Shown: positions 1 through 11,568 of the stretch, in pieces
Layout of the letters: the number at the start of each line of letters is the position of its first letter
Numbering within the stretch: position 1 is the first letter of the stretch
From: Macrostomum lignano
Lineage: Eukaryota
Reading direction: 5' to 3'
Assembly (NCBI GenBank): GCA_002269645.1
Contig: NIVC01003626.1
Span: 1 to 34,817 of the forward strand
DNA length: 34,817 nucleotides
Made by a program: the position numbers and the translations under genes
Notes under the pieces: generated by a model
Told to the model about the DNA's origin: nothing
What the model saw: only the letters and a program-made list of their open reading frames with translations
The model's database searches: none

Positions 1-2183
1 CTGGTCTGATTCTAAGAATTATGGCGACGCTTGCAGCGAAAGTACATTGAAATAAACAACGCATATCCCGTGAGGATTATCATCGAAGGAGTGATTGGAT
101 CGGTGTCAAGAGTGACATCGCCATCGATGATCTGTCATTCACGCTAGGACTGGCAAGCGCAGTCAGTCGCCAACTTTGCCAACTGTGCCACCAACACAGG
201 GACCAAACAGCGGTGTTCCTCAGAACTGCAATTTCGAACAAGGAGACTGCGGCTTCAAGAATTCCCAGTGGATACGTTTGACTGGATCCGGTCGCGCGGC
301 AGTGAAACTACAAGCTTCGTCAACAGGCGCCTGGCATTGACGCAAACACAGCTTCTAGCAGTGGCTACTACCTGTTCATTAGGAACAGCGAAGTGAGAAC
401 ACCTACAACAGATTCGCGCACACTTACACGCCCATCTACCGCACAAGCAAGTCAGATTGCTACATGAGACTAGCATATTACTTTACCGGACCTGCGCCCG
501 GAAGGTTGGACTTGTACCATGTTGACTTGAGAACCAACTCAAGCAACAGAATTTGGTATGTTCAGACTAACACAGGCGAGAAATGGACCTACACCAAAAT
601 TGGCCTGGGTGCTAGAAACTATCCCTTCCAGCTGTCATTCCAGCGTTCACCTCCTTCCACTATGACGGGATAGTGGCTATCAGATGATCTGACCTATGTG
701 GACTGCAGCTTCCCTCCCAAAGCTGACCAGTGCGACCAATTCTGGTGCACCAGCACCCGAGCCTGCGTCTCTACAGAATTCACCTGCGATATGAAGGACG
801 ACTGCGGCGATAATTCAGACGAAAGTCCGGCAATTTGCACCGGTTATCAGCAGCACTCATTCGAGCACGGGTTCGACGGCTGGAAGCAGGACTCCTCGCG
901 GAATGGCAACTGGGCAATGGAAAGGAAACAGGGCATCGCTTCTAGGCAGCGAAAGCGGGCCATCGTTCGATCATACAACGGAACACCCGATGGCTCCTAT
1001 GTCCTACTGTCGTCCAGCACCAATCCGTATGGTACAACTGCGTGGTTGATTAGCAAGAATTTCAAAGCGCCAAGAAGTCGAGAGCAGCCCTGTGTGATGC
1101 GGCTGTATTTTTTCCTGTACGGAAGATACAAGCCAAAGATTAATGTCTACACAAGGGCCTACTCAAACGGACCACCGACAAAGACTATATTTTACGCAGA
1201 TAGGAGATCAAGGAGACGTGTGGCTCCGTCAGGCAATACTGCTTGACCAAGAAACAACTGACTTCCAGGTCATCACCGAAGGAGTTACCAGCGATAGATA
1301 TCTTTCAGATGTAGCTTTTGACGACGTTATATTCTCACCTGAATGCGTAACTACCAATCAGGAGCTGCCAGTGAATCCAATGACCTTGCCGCCGTCTACC
1401 GCCTCTCCAACTTGGGCGCCGCACACCTGCATACCTGGTCAACAGTTTGCTTGCAAAAAGGATGGCAAATGTATTAATAAAAACCAGGTGTGCGATTTCC
1501 GCATCGATTGCATTGACGGCTCAGACGAGGAGAAATGCGTCTCGGCCACCTGTACATTCGAGTCTAGCAATCCCTGGTGCGGATGGACCCCATCTGGCGA
1601 TGCAAGGAACATGAGCAGCTACGTGTTTCTTAGAGACACTGGCGCCAACAGTCCAGATTATAAAGAAAGACCGAAAGTTGATCATACAACTGGCACCTCT
1701 GGTGGCTACTTTGTTTACGCCGACAGCTCCAGAGGTAGCGTGCATGACACTGCTCAGCTTGCTACTCCGGCCATCTCGCTCACCGGGCCGCAGTGCACCC
1801 TTTCCTTCTGGTACTATATGGACGGCTACTCCATCGCCACCCTGCAGGTGTACAGACAGTTCCAGGACCCTAGCGAATCGCAGACTCAGGAGCCGATGCG
1901 CCAGCTTTGGTTCCAGTCTGGTTCTCAAGGCAGCCAGTGGAATCTAGCCCGCTTGTTCCTGGACCCGTGGAGAGCTCACGCGTCATTTTCCAAGCAAAGA
2001 AGACCTACAACGGAGTGCACGGCGACATCGCGATCGACGACGTGACATTCGAGAACTGCCCACCGAAGCTGCCATCGGGGCAGTTGCATCGGCGGAGAGT
2101 ACCTGTGCAACAACATGGTGTGTATTAGCAATAGCCAACTGTGCGACTACGCAGACAACTGCGGCGATAGATCGGACGAGAGT
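1..2183 (+). CDS. MAM and LDL-receptor class A domain protein (MALRD1/MAMDC4-like), large internal exon, 5'-truncated by window, interrupted by single-base indels
   Basis: Frame-hopping translation gives MAM hallmarks (CNFEQGDCG, FDWIR, DHTTGTSGGYFVY, IAIDDLSF, VAFDDVIFSPEC, IAIDDVTFENC) alternating with LDLa repeats (CDMKDDCGDNSDE, CDFRIDCIDGSDE, CDYADNCGDRSDE). Ends at phase-0 donor AGT|GTGAGT (2184). Confidence 0.88.
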
Positions 2184-2481
2184 GTGAGTTGAAGTTGTTT
2201 ACTGGTGTAAAAGCATATTTAAATTTTCTGAATTCTTCACAATCAGCATAAGGTATACTAAGACGTTGTGTACTAGTAGAGCCTACTAAATGAACTGGCG
2301 ATACGAAAACTTTACGTTCCTTACGGGATGCCAGGTCATGTCTTCGTGTAGCTGCGTTCTTCTACTTCTGTTGTCTATGACTAAAGTAGTACCATAGTAG
2401 TACTACAGTGTTATTATTAAAGTAAGGCGCGGCATTAGTAAGGTGTCGCAAATCAGTATCTCAATACATCCTTCTTTACAG

Positions 2482-4631
2482 ACTACAAAATGCTCAGCCT
2501 ACGTCGGTCGATGCGACTTCGAGTCCGTGGGAATCTGTACTGACGACTGGAAGCAAGACGAAGATGACGAATTCGACTGGCGTGTAGCGCAGGGAGCCAC
2601 CAGTACGCCCACAACCGGACCAATGGTGGACCACACGACTCTGACTGGCGACGGGCACTACATGTACATTGAGACAAGCTCGCCACAAAAGCCTGGCTGG
2701 AAAGCTCGACTAAGCTCCTTTGTCATCCAGGGAGTCTCGTCTGATTGCTCGCTGAGGTTCTTCTATCACATGCAGGGCGACGACATCGGCGAGCTGAATG
2801 TGTACCTGCGCCACAGCTACGACGCTCAGCCAACTCGAATCTGGCACGAAGCGGGCCAGAAAGGGGATTGGTGGCTTCGAGCTGAAATCAATCTTAGCCA
2901 GGTGAACAGTCCGACGAAATCCGACTTTGAAATTGTCTTCGAGGGTATCGTTGGCGGATGGCTGGGCGACGTGGCAGTTGATGATATCTCCATGACGCCT
3001 GGTTGCCTGCGATCGCCGAACCAGCAGCTACCAGGAGCTCGCTCTACAGTGGCGCCAACTGCAGGTCCCTGCGGTCCAGGTCGGTACTCCTGCGATTCCG
3101 GACGGTGCTACTCTCAGGTGCAGATGTGCGACTTCAACTTCTTCTGCAAAGATCGCTCCGACGAGCTGTCTTGCGGAACTGACTGCGACTTTGAAACGGA
3201 CGGCGCTTGCGGTTGGCGCAACAGCTCGGGCGTTAGCGCGCTTTGGACTGTGCGGCAGGCCGGCGGCTGGGGGTTCCCGCCTGTGGACCACACAACCAAC
3301 CAGCCCAGCGGGTCGCTTATTGCGTTCCGACCCAACAGTGTGGATCAGAAGGACAAGCTCAAGGCCCATTTGCAAACCCTGACGTATCGCCATTCGGCTG
3401 CTATTTGTCAGTTTAGTCTTTGGTACTACATGAGCGCCGATAATGTTGGTACTCTGAGCGTTTGGATAAAGTCGGAGCACGGACTGGAGGCAAAGCCGCG
3501 ATTTTCTGTTTCCGGACGGCAAGGGGATTATTGGATTAACCAACTGGTTGACATTGGGCCAATGGCGGAGTTTAGCGTGGTCATCGAGGCTTTGCACAGC
3601 GGCCTTAGCACCAGCGGCGCCATTTCCCTGGATGATCTGCAGTTCATCAACTGCGAGCCCAAGGATATAATACCATACTGCGCCGCCAACAATGCACTGT
3701 GCTCAAACAGGCGTCAATGCGTGGACAAAAAGAACGTCTGCGACGGTGTGGCGCACTGCTCCGATGGTAGCGACGAGTTGAATTGTCCCAGCGTAGTCGG
3801 AGACTGTTCATTCGACCTGGCTGACTGGAGCGGCAGATGTCGCTACCAGGAGCTGCTCAATTCGACCGCCGATTGTCCCTATCAGCAAGCGGCCACGGTG
3901 ACCGAGGAGCAGTCAGGTCCGGTCACCGACCACTCGGGCAACGGCCAGTTCATCTTCAACTCGGACAGTGCGCCGGACTGCACTCGGCCTGGAGACTTGG
4001 CCTCCGTGCAGACACCGCGTATGCCGCCGACTCCGGCCGATCGGTACTGCTGGATCAGATTTTGGTACTACATGTGGGACAAGGAAGCTGCCGAGGGCAA
4101 CGCGGACAGCATGGGCAGCCTATCGGTCTATATCGACTACCAAGAAGGCGGCTCGCGAGGTCGACACCTGCTATGGCGCCGCATCGGTAATCAGGGTGGC
4201 GGTCCGGCCCGCACCGGATGGCAGAAGGCCGAGCAACGGCTCGACGGAATCCCGGCGGACTACGCCATAGTGTTCGAGGCGGCGAGAGGCGGCGGTCCTA
4301 GAACGGTGGTGGCCATAGACGATGTCAGCTTTACGCCCAGCTGTCGGCAGGCGAGCCCGGGCGAGAATGGCACTCTGGTGTGTTCGTCACCCGACGAGCT
4401 GGCCTGCAACGACTCGCTGAGCTGCTACCATTCGAGCTGGCGCTGCGACGGCCAGTTTGACTGTGCCGACGGGTCGGACGAGTCGGGCTGCCCGACCAGG
4501 GCGCCGCCGATTGGGGAGGGCGACATCGGCGGTCAAGTTGGCGCAATCGTAGGCGGAGTTATTGGAGCGATTGCGTTGGTGGCGGCTCTGGCGGCTGTTG
4601 GATGCCTTGTCTACAAGCGTCGGTTGGAAGT
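2482..4631 (+). CDS. MAM/LDLa protein, intact exon: 3 MAM + 3 LDLa domains and transmembrane helix
   Basis: Acceptor CTTCTTTACAG at 2481 is in phase 0 with the upstream exon (DES|TTKCSAYVGRCDFE). Uninterrupted ORF with MAM and LDLa motifs (CDGQFDCADGSDESGC) and hydrophobic VGAIVGGVIGAIALVAALAAVGCLVY followed by KRR. The ORF-track stop (4633-4635) lies inside a GTAAGT donor at 4632. Confidence 0.93.
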
Positions 4632-4666
4632 GTAAGTGGCAACGGCTTTTGCCTATACATATATAG

Positions 4667-5178
<512 letters not shown>

Positions 5179-5272
5179 TTTCTAAATTTCTAAATTTCTA
5201 AATCCTACCTGCGGAGAATGTTGATTGAAAAGTTTCATAACGGCACGTTATATAAAATCTGAAATGCTTCAG

Positions 5273-5351
5273 CCCATGGAATCGGTTCGGACAAGAACGG
5301 CGAAGCACCATAGTGGACAATCCCTTGTACGATTTGGACACTCAGGATGCT
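5273..5351 (+). CDS. MAM/LDLa protein, cytoplasmic-tail exon (PWNRFGQERRSTIVDNPLYDLDTQDA)
   Basis: Acceptor GCTTCAG at 5272 is phase 2, matching the 4632 donor. Open frame containing NPLY (5319-5330). Donor GCT|GTAAGA at 5352. Confidence 0.75.
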
Positions 5352-5431
5352 GTAAGAGACTTGATCAACGACTATCAGCATTCATTGCTCCCCAACATGC
5401 TCATAATAGTTTGAATCATAAATCATTTCAG

Positions 5432-5479
5432 ACATCTGGCGGCCTGTCATACGAGCTGCAGATTCAAGACTCGGCATGA
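5432..5479 (+). CDS. MAM/LDLa protein, probable terminal exon (TSGGLSYELQIQDSA*)
   Basis: 80-nt intron 5352-5431 ending ATTTCAG, phase 0; TGA at 5477-5479. Confidence 0.6.
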   Translation, partial: TSGGLSYELQIQDSA

Positions 5480-5997
5480 GATTCTGACTGAACCTGATAC
5501 CTGACTGACACCTGCACAGAACGTGTGTTATAATAACTTGAAGTGCTTTCATGCTTCAGCAGAAACATCAGATGCTTCATGTTTTAGATATACGCGTACT
5601 TCTCATTTCTCCAAACTCGGTATTTCAATACTGATTATACCATGCCATTGTATAATTTGTTAAAACAAAATGAAGTCAACTCTTGGACAACAGTGCACTT
5701 TATGCTTTAAGTGAACGTACTTATAATGAATTCATTCGATATCTATTCGAAAGTAGTTTAAAAGTAACAAGTTAACCTTTAAAAATCTTGTAGAAAAACA
5801 AATTCTGGAATGTGAAACGTGAAAGGTTACTAGTATAAACGAAAAGCATTACTGTTAGTCAAGCTTAAAGATCGAATGTTTAAATTCCTTAACTTTGAAA
5901 TTTTATTTAAAACAATATGTTCTTAGTGCGCTGTTGTCCGACAACATTCCTACTTCGATTTTGTTCATCACTTCGCTACTCTTTCAATGCCAGAAAC

Positions 5998-6007
5998 AAT
6001 AAATAAA
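5998..6007 (+). promoter_or_regulatory. Overlapping AATAAA polyadenylation signals, candidate for the MAM/LDLa gene
   Basis: AATAAA at 5998-6003 and 6002-6007, ~520 nt after the predicted stop and followed by U-rich sequence. Confidence 0.4.
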
Positions 6008-6218
6008 AGTAAATTTTGTTTGTTCTTCAAACTAATCTCGTAGCTACTGGTTTTGTCAGCTCGCCGATTAAGTAACATCCAAATTAAAGTTCAGTGAAAG
6101 CGCTGCCTAGCAACTAATTCTAACGTATTCGGATAAATACGAGCATAAACGAGCACAAACGTAGAAATTCTGTCTTCTTCTTCAAGGCATGTCTTAATCA
6201 CTTATAAATTGAACTTAT

Positions 6219-7065
6219 GCCCTCTTTCCCTGCCCCTTTCCCCTGCCCCTCTCCCCTGCCCTCTCCCCTGCCCCTCTCCCTGCCCTCTCCCCCTGCGGAT
6301 CTCGCCCTGCCCCTCTCCCCTGCCCCTCTCCCCCTGCGGATCTCGCCCTGCCCCTCTCCCCTGCCCCTCTCCCCCTGCGGATCTCGCCCTGCCCCTCTCC
6401 CCTGCCCCTCTCCCCTGCCCCTCTCCCCTGCCTCTCTCCCCTGCCCCTCTCCCCCTGCCCCTCTCCCCTGCCCCTCTCCCCTGCCCTCTCCCCTGCCCCT
6501 CTCTCCTGCCCCTCTCCCCTGCCCTCTCCCCCTGCCTCTCTCCCCTGCCCCTCTCCCTCTGCCCCTCTCCCCCTGCCCCTCTCCCCCTGCCCCTCTCCCC
6601 TGCCCCTCTCCCCTGCCCCTCTCCTCTGCCCCTCTCCCCCTGCCCCTCTCCCCTGCCCCTCTCCCCTGCCCCTCTCCCCTGCCCCTCTCCCCTGCCCCTC
6701 TCCCCTGCCCCTCTCCCTGCCCCTCTCCCCTGCCCCTCTCCCTGCCCCTCTCCCCTGCCCCTCTCCCTGCCCCTCTCCCCTGCCCCTCTCCCCCTGCCCC
6801 TCTCCCCTGCCCCTCTCCCCTGCCCCTCTCCCCTGCCCCTCTCCCCTGCCCCTCTCCCCTGCCCCTCTCCCCCTGCCCCTCTCCCCTGCCCCTCTCCCCC
6901 TGCCCCTCTCCCCCTGCCCCTCTCCCCTGCCCCTCTCCCCTGCCCCTCTCCCCTGCCCCTCTACCCTGTTTCTCTCCTCCTGCCCCTCTCCCCTGCCTCT
7001 CTCCCTCTGTCTTTCTCTCCTTGCCCCTTTCTCTCTGCCCCTCTCTCTCTGCCCGTCTCCCCTTT
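6219..7065. repeat. C-rich 12-13 bp minisatellite (CCCTGCCCCTCT[C]); G-rich on minus strand
   Basis: Directly visible; includes three copies of a variant with GCGGATCTCG (6290-6390). Confidence 0.96.
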
Positions 7066-7359
7066 ATCGCTGCCCATCTTTTGTGAGCAATGGCAAGAGC
7101 ATCGGTAAGAAACGTAAGTGAAGTGCCAGCATAAAAAATAGCATTAAGTAGACAGCGGGAAAATGGGAGTGAAAATTATTTAAATGATTGTCAAGAGTAG
7201 AAACATCAGAACATGTTGAGGGAGGCCAAGGGGAGAGAAATGGTAAATATTTGGGGGGAATGAAGAGAAGTTAAAATGACGCATTCGAATAACTATAACA
7301 TTAATTTTGTCATATTTTAGTTTTGTTTTGTCCTCATCACCACAGCTGCATGTTGTTAC

Positions 7360-8617
7360 CTTTTTGTGAATGGTGGCAGCGTCTTTAAAAAACTTTCGAG
7401 TTTCTGCTTGCGCTCCCCTCTACCTGCGTCATGTCTTTCTCTAACGTGCCTGCCCAGGTCTCGGCCTCTGATTCTGGCTCCTTGCTCCTGCGTCTCTTGC
7501 TGCGGCTCAGCGGTCCCTGCGGCGCCTGCGGCTGGGTTCGTCTCGGGACTCGCAACGACTGTCGCATTGACACGGCTCATTGCTGAAACTGCATTGAGCA
7601 GTGGATTTAAAATAACTTGAGCGTCAGTGCTTCATCTTGACGAGCTTTGGCAGTGTCTCATGTTTCATTTTTTCTGTCTAAGGCTCCTTGAAATGGCGCT
7701 TAAAATGGAGAAATGGCGCTAGGGGGCGCCATTTCATTTGAGGGGCGCCATCTAGTCTGAGGGGTACCAGTTAGTCCGAGGGGGGCGCTAGTTAGTCTGA
7801 GGGGGTCCCAGTTAGTGGGACAGAGCGCCATATCTATATTTTTTCAGCCAATATTGGGGGGGGAGAGAGAGTCTACCTACGCCCTTGGTGACTACCTATT
7901 GGTCACTGGCAAATGCTTCTGGTTGAATGGTGATAAAAGATGAACAACCTGGCCTGCTATTTGGAATAATCTGCATTGTGGCATCGAAAACCGCTGTGAT
8001 CATGGATAATTGAGTGTCATCCCGCTCGAAGCCAGCATCGGAGTCTGAAAATTTTATCGCAGGTGTAAAAAACATTCGAGCTGCATCAGTGCTCGGCCAG
8101 AATTACAGTTCACATGACTACCTACCGAGCTCGCTGTCGGATGGCCAGTACCGTCGGTACCAACCATCCAAGTCCAAGTCAGGGTCGGCATCAACCGATG
8201 GAGCCATTCGGTAGCTGTCAACTGTAAGTTTTAAAGAAATAAAGCTTGAGTAAATGTTGGCGTCTGAATTTTAGACCTTACTCAATTTTAAAATATTGTT
8301 TGCATTTTCATACTAAACGTAAAAAACTTTCCATTTGCAAATTAACCTATCGTGGTAAAGCCGTTAAATATGACTATTAATATGAAGCAATGTTGCCTAC
8401 TAACTTTATGAAGTTTAAAAAGCAGGATAATTTCATATTTAGCGCTGAAAAAAAGTGACAAACCTCACTTGAGCATTTCCGCATGAGCAACTGATCCTAT
8501 AAGAGTCCGTTAGCTTACCTGATAGCTGAGATGAGTCCGAGTCGCTGTCGCTGTCCATCCGCTGATCTGAGTATCCGAGAGCATAGGAGGATGTTTTTGG
8601 ATTAGCGTACGGATATT
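7360..8617 (-). CDS. Ankyrin-RS protein, predicted exons 11-14: 8617-8519, 8221-8126, 8044-7949, 7582-7360
   Basis: Each has AG/GT ends and continues the frame in phase 1 without stops (EYPYANPK...DSDSDSDSSQLS; VDSYRMAP...; DSDAGFERDD...; AMSRVNATVV...PPFTK). The donor at 7948 (GTTGTT) is weak. The final exon is uncertain (7292 or 6119 acceptors both give short ends). Confidence 0.5.
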
Positions 8618-8674
8618 CTAAGGCGCATCGTGTTCTAGGCCAGTCTTATTAACGTGTTGGTTGCTTGGTAAGCA

Positions 8675-10181
8675 TCTTTGGGTGTGTCATCCCATCTGAC
8701 ACGCCACTTCATTTGAATGGGTGTCATTCCATCTTTGGTGACGCCACTTCATTTGGTTGAGTGCCATTCCATCTGAGGTGACGCCACTTCATTTTGATGA
8801 GTGCCATTCCATCTGAGGTGACGCCACTTCATTTGGGTGAGTGTCATTCCATCTGAGGTGACGCCACTTCATTTTGGTGAGTGCCATTCCATATGACGTG
8901 ACGCCACTTCATTTTGGTGAGTGCCATTCCATCTGAAGTGACGGCACTTCATTTAGGTGAGTGTCATTCCATCTGATGTGACGCCGCTTCATTTGCGTGA
9001 GTGTCATCCCATCTGAGGTGACGCCACTTCATTTGGATGGGTGTCATTCCATCTGAGGTGACGCCACTTCATTTAGGTGAGTGTCATTCCATCTGAGGTG
9101 ACGCCACTTCATTTGGATGGGTGTCATTCCATCTGAGGTGACGCCACTTCATTTGCGTGAGTGTCATCCCATCTGAGGTGACGCCACTTCATTTGGATGG
9201 GTGTCATTCCATCTGAGGTGACGCCACTTCATTTAGGTGAGTGTCATTCCATCTGAGGTGACGCCACTTCATTTTGGTGAGTGCCATTCCATATGACGTG
9301 ACGCCACTTCATTTAGGTGAGTGTCATTCCATCTGATGTGACGCCACTTCATTTGGGTGAGTGTCATTCCATCTGATGTGACGCCACTTCATTTGGGTGA
9401 GTGTCATTCCATCTGAGGTGACGCCACTTCATTTGCGTGAGTGTCATCCCATCTGATGTGACGCCACTTCATTTTGGTGAGTGCTATTCCATCTGATGTG
9501 ACGCCACTTCATTTAGGTGAGTCTCATTCCATCTGAGGTGACGCCACTTCATTTGGGTGAGTGTCATCCCATCTGAGGTGACGGCACTTCATTTAGGTGA
9601 GTGTCATCCCATCTGATGTGACGCCACTTCATTTGGGTGAGTCTCATTCCATCTGAGGTGACGCCACTTCATTTAGGTGAGTGCCATTCCATCTGAGGTG
9701 GCGCCGCTTCATTTGGGTGAGTGTCATTCCATCTGAGGTGGCGCCGCTTCATTTGGGTGAGTGCCATTCCATCTGAGGTGGCGCCGCTTCATTTGGGTGA
9801 GTGCCATTCCATCTGAGGTGGCGCCGCTTCATTTGGGTGAGTGCCATTCCATCTGAGGTGACGCCACTTCATTTTGATGAGTGCCATTCTGACGTGACGC
9901 CACTTCACTTGGGTGAGTGTCATTCCATCTGAGGTGACGCCACTTCATTTGGGTGAGTGTCATTCCATCTGAGGTGACGCCACTTCATTTTGATGAGTGC
10001 CATTCCATATGACGTGACGCCACTTCATTTTGGTGAGTGCCATTCCATCTGAAGTGACGGCACTTCATTTAGGTGAGTGTCATTCCATCTGATGTGACGC
10101 CGCTTCATTTGCGTGAGTGTCATCCCATCTGAGGTGACGGCACTTCATTTAGGTGAGTGTCATTCTAACTGAGGTGACGCT
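8675..10181. repeat. 40-bp minisatellite (GTGACGCCACTTCATTTGGGTGAGTGTCATTCCATCTGAG), ~37 copies, in predicted intron 10312-8618
   Basis: Directly visible 40-nt periodicity. Confidence 0.98.
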
Positions 10182-10312
10182 GATTTATTTGGTATTGAGA
10201 TATTCGATCAACTCAGTGTATTTTTGCAGGCAGACTTATATTTTCTGTTTTGCATCTCTAAAGTCAAAAGATCTAAGTAGCAAATGCATTAGCAATTAAA
10301 ATATGCTAATAC

Positions 10313-11258
10313 CTCGCTTAGTATTATCGTCCAGCGGCATTCCTTGGAACCGTCCGGATGGTGCATTCCTTGGCTGTGTTGGATTCTGGTCTCCTTCTAC
10401 CGGCAATCTTTCGGCTGAAGTTGGCCGGCGACCTCTTTGACCGCTGAAACGTCGACTGTTTGGCGGTTCACGCGAAGTTTGCGACCTGTGGCGGGGCGCA
10501 GGAGCCAGAGTGATTTCTTAGAACTCGCGGGCAGTTCAGTCAGTCAGTCAGTTACCGTGCACACAAGCTCAAATGAATCGAACCAAGGGTCGTGAGCCCG
10601 ATTCAAAACGCTTTTATACCTCCGAGCTGCTCATGCCCCATCATTCTACATTAATGTTTCTATTTAAATGACTCAATGCACTTGAATTCCGATATTGCTC
10701 ACCCTGTAGCGTCAGAAACCCCATTATTGCTTCTGGTTCCTGAAATTTCGGTTACAAAGCCAGCAAAAGGAATTATTGAAAATTCTCTGCACGGTCTGAA
10801 AAGGAAATCTTTTCAGAAGAATATCGATGTAATCACCTGGTTCGGCTTTTAAAATTGTCAAAGTTCCGCTTGGCGGGTTTCTTTGTATGACTTTTATTGT
10901 TTTCGTTTCCTTCTGAATGAGCTGGGGCTGCGGGTATACGCCTGAAAACGATGGAATGAGAAAAGGAAGCCGGTATGAGGATAGTTGCGTATGAGCAGTT
11001 GGTATACGATAAAAGATCCAAATAAATGAAGCTTTGTAAAATGGAAAATGTACATACTGATTGTTTGGTTGCTTGAAAATTCCGACCTGGAAGAAACCAA
11101 CGAAAATTATTCACGTTAGTACGAGTAGAACGAGAAGGTATCGAGTTAGTATCCAATTGTCCAATTGTAAAAAACAAATCATTCAAAACAAAATCAATAC
11201 CTGGTGAAATCCAGGCCACTTGAGCTAGCAGTAATCCTTCTGCTGGTCCCAGAAATAT
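10313..11258 (-). CDS. Ankyrin-RS protein, predicted small exons 5-10: 11258-11201, 11086-11058, 10941-10837, 10739-10703, 10645-10620, 10516-10313
   Basis: Six GT-AG-bounded segments (58, 29, 105, 37, 26, 204 nt) whose phases (1-2, 2-1, 1-1, 1-2, 2-1, 1-1) chain without stops; introns 57-117 nt. Confidence 0.55.
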
Positions 11259-11568
11259 CTGCAAAAGAACGATCGGATATCTAGATAGAAAGCAGTCGCC
11301 AAAACTGTTTTGTATTCAAGTACTGTAGCTAGGTAGCCAAGCCTAGCAAGTTAGTAGGTAGATGGACAGTTCTCAGATTCAAAAACATGGTTACAGCTCT
11401 ACTTTTAGATCTATCGTTAGCATTCCGAGAAAGGGCCACTGCAAAAACGCTTTTTTAATTCATTGACATTTTTCTTAGAAACTTAACGTCCAAGATTTTG
11501 AGTAATGTCTTTTATTCAGAAAATACGAGCCAATTTATAATAAAGTAATTAACTGTATTTAGACTCAC

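Noticed and set aside
5181-5203. (CTAAATTT)n shared with 19702-19719
   Set aside because: Too short and AT-rich to support a relationship.
6209-7108. 299-aa and 289-aa Pro-rich ORFs
   Set aside because: C-rich repeat cannot form stop codons; no ATG start and no non-repetitive coding context.
7680-7890. GGCGCC/TAGTCTGAGGGG-rich segment ending CTACGCCCTTG, resembling a hAT MITE end
   Set aside because: No matching opposite TIR or TSD found; at best a truncated relic.
10575-10590. GGTTCGATTC (tRNA B-box) on the minus strand
   Set aside because: No T-arm stem, A-box or cloverleaf around it.
10833-11264. 143-aa minus-strand ORF
   Set aside because: Spans several predicted introns; the phase-1 donor of the RS exon requires a different frame.
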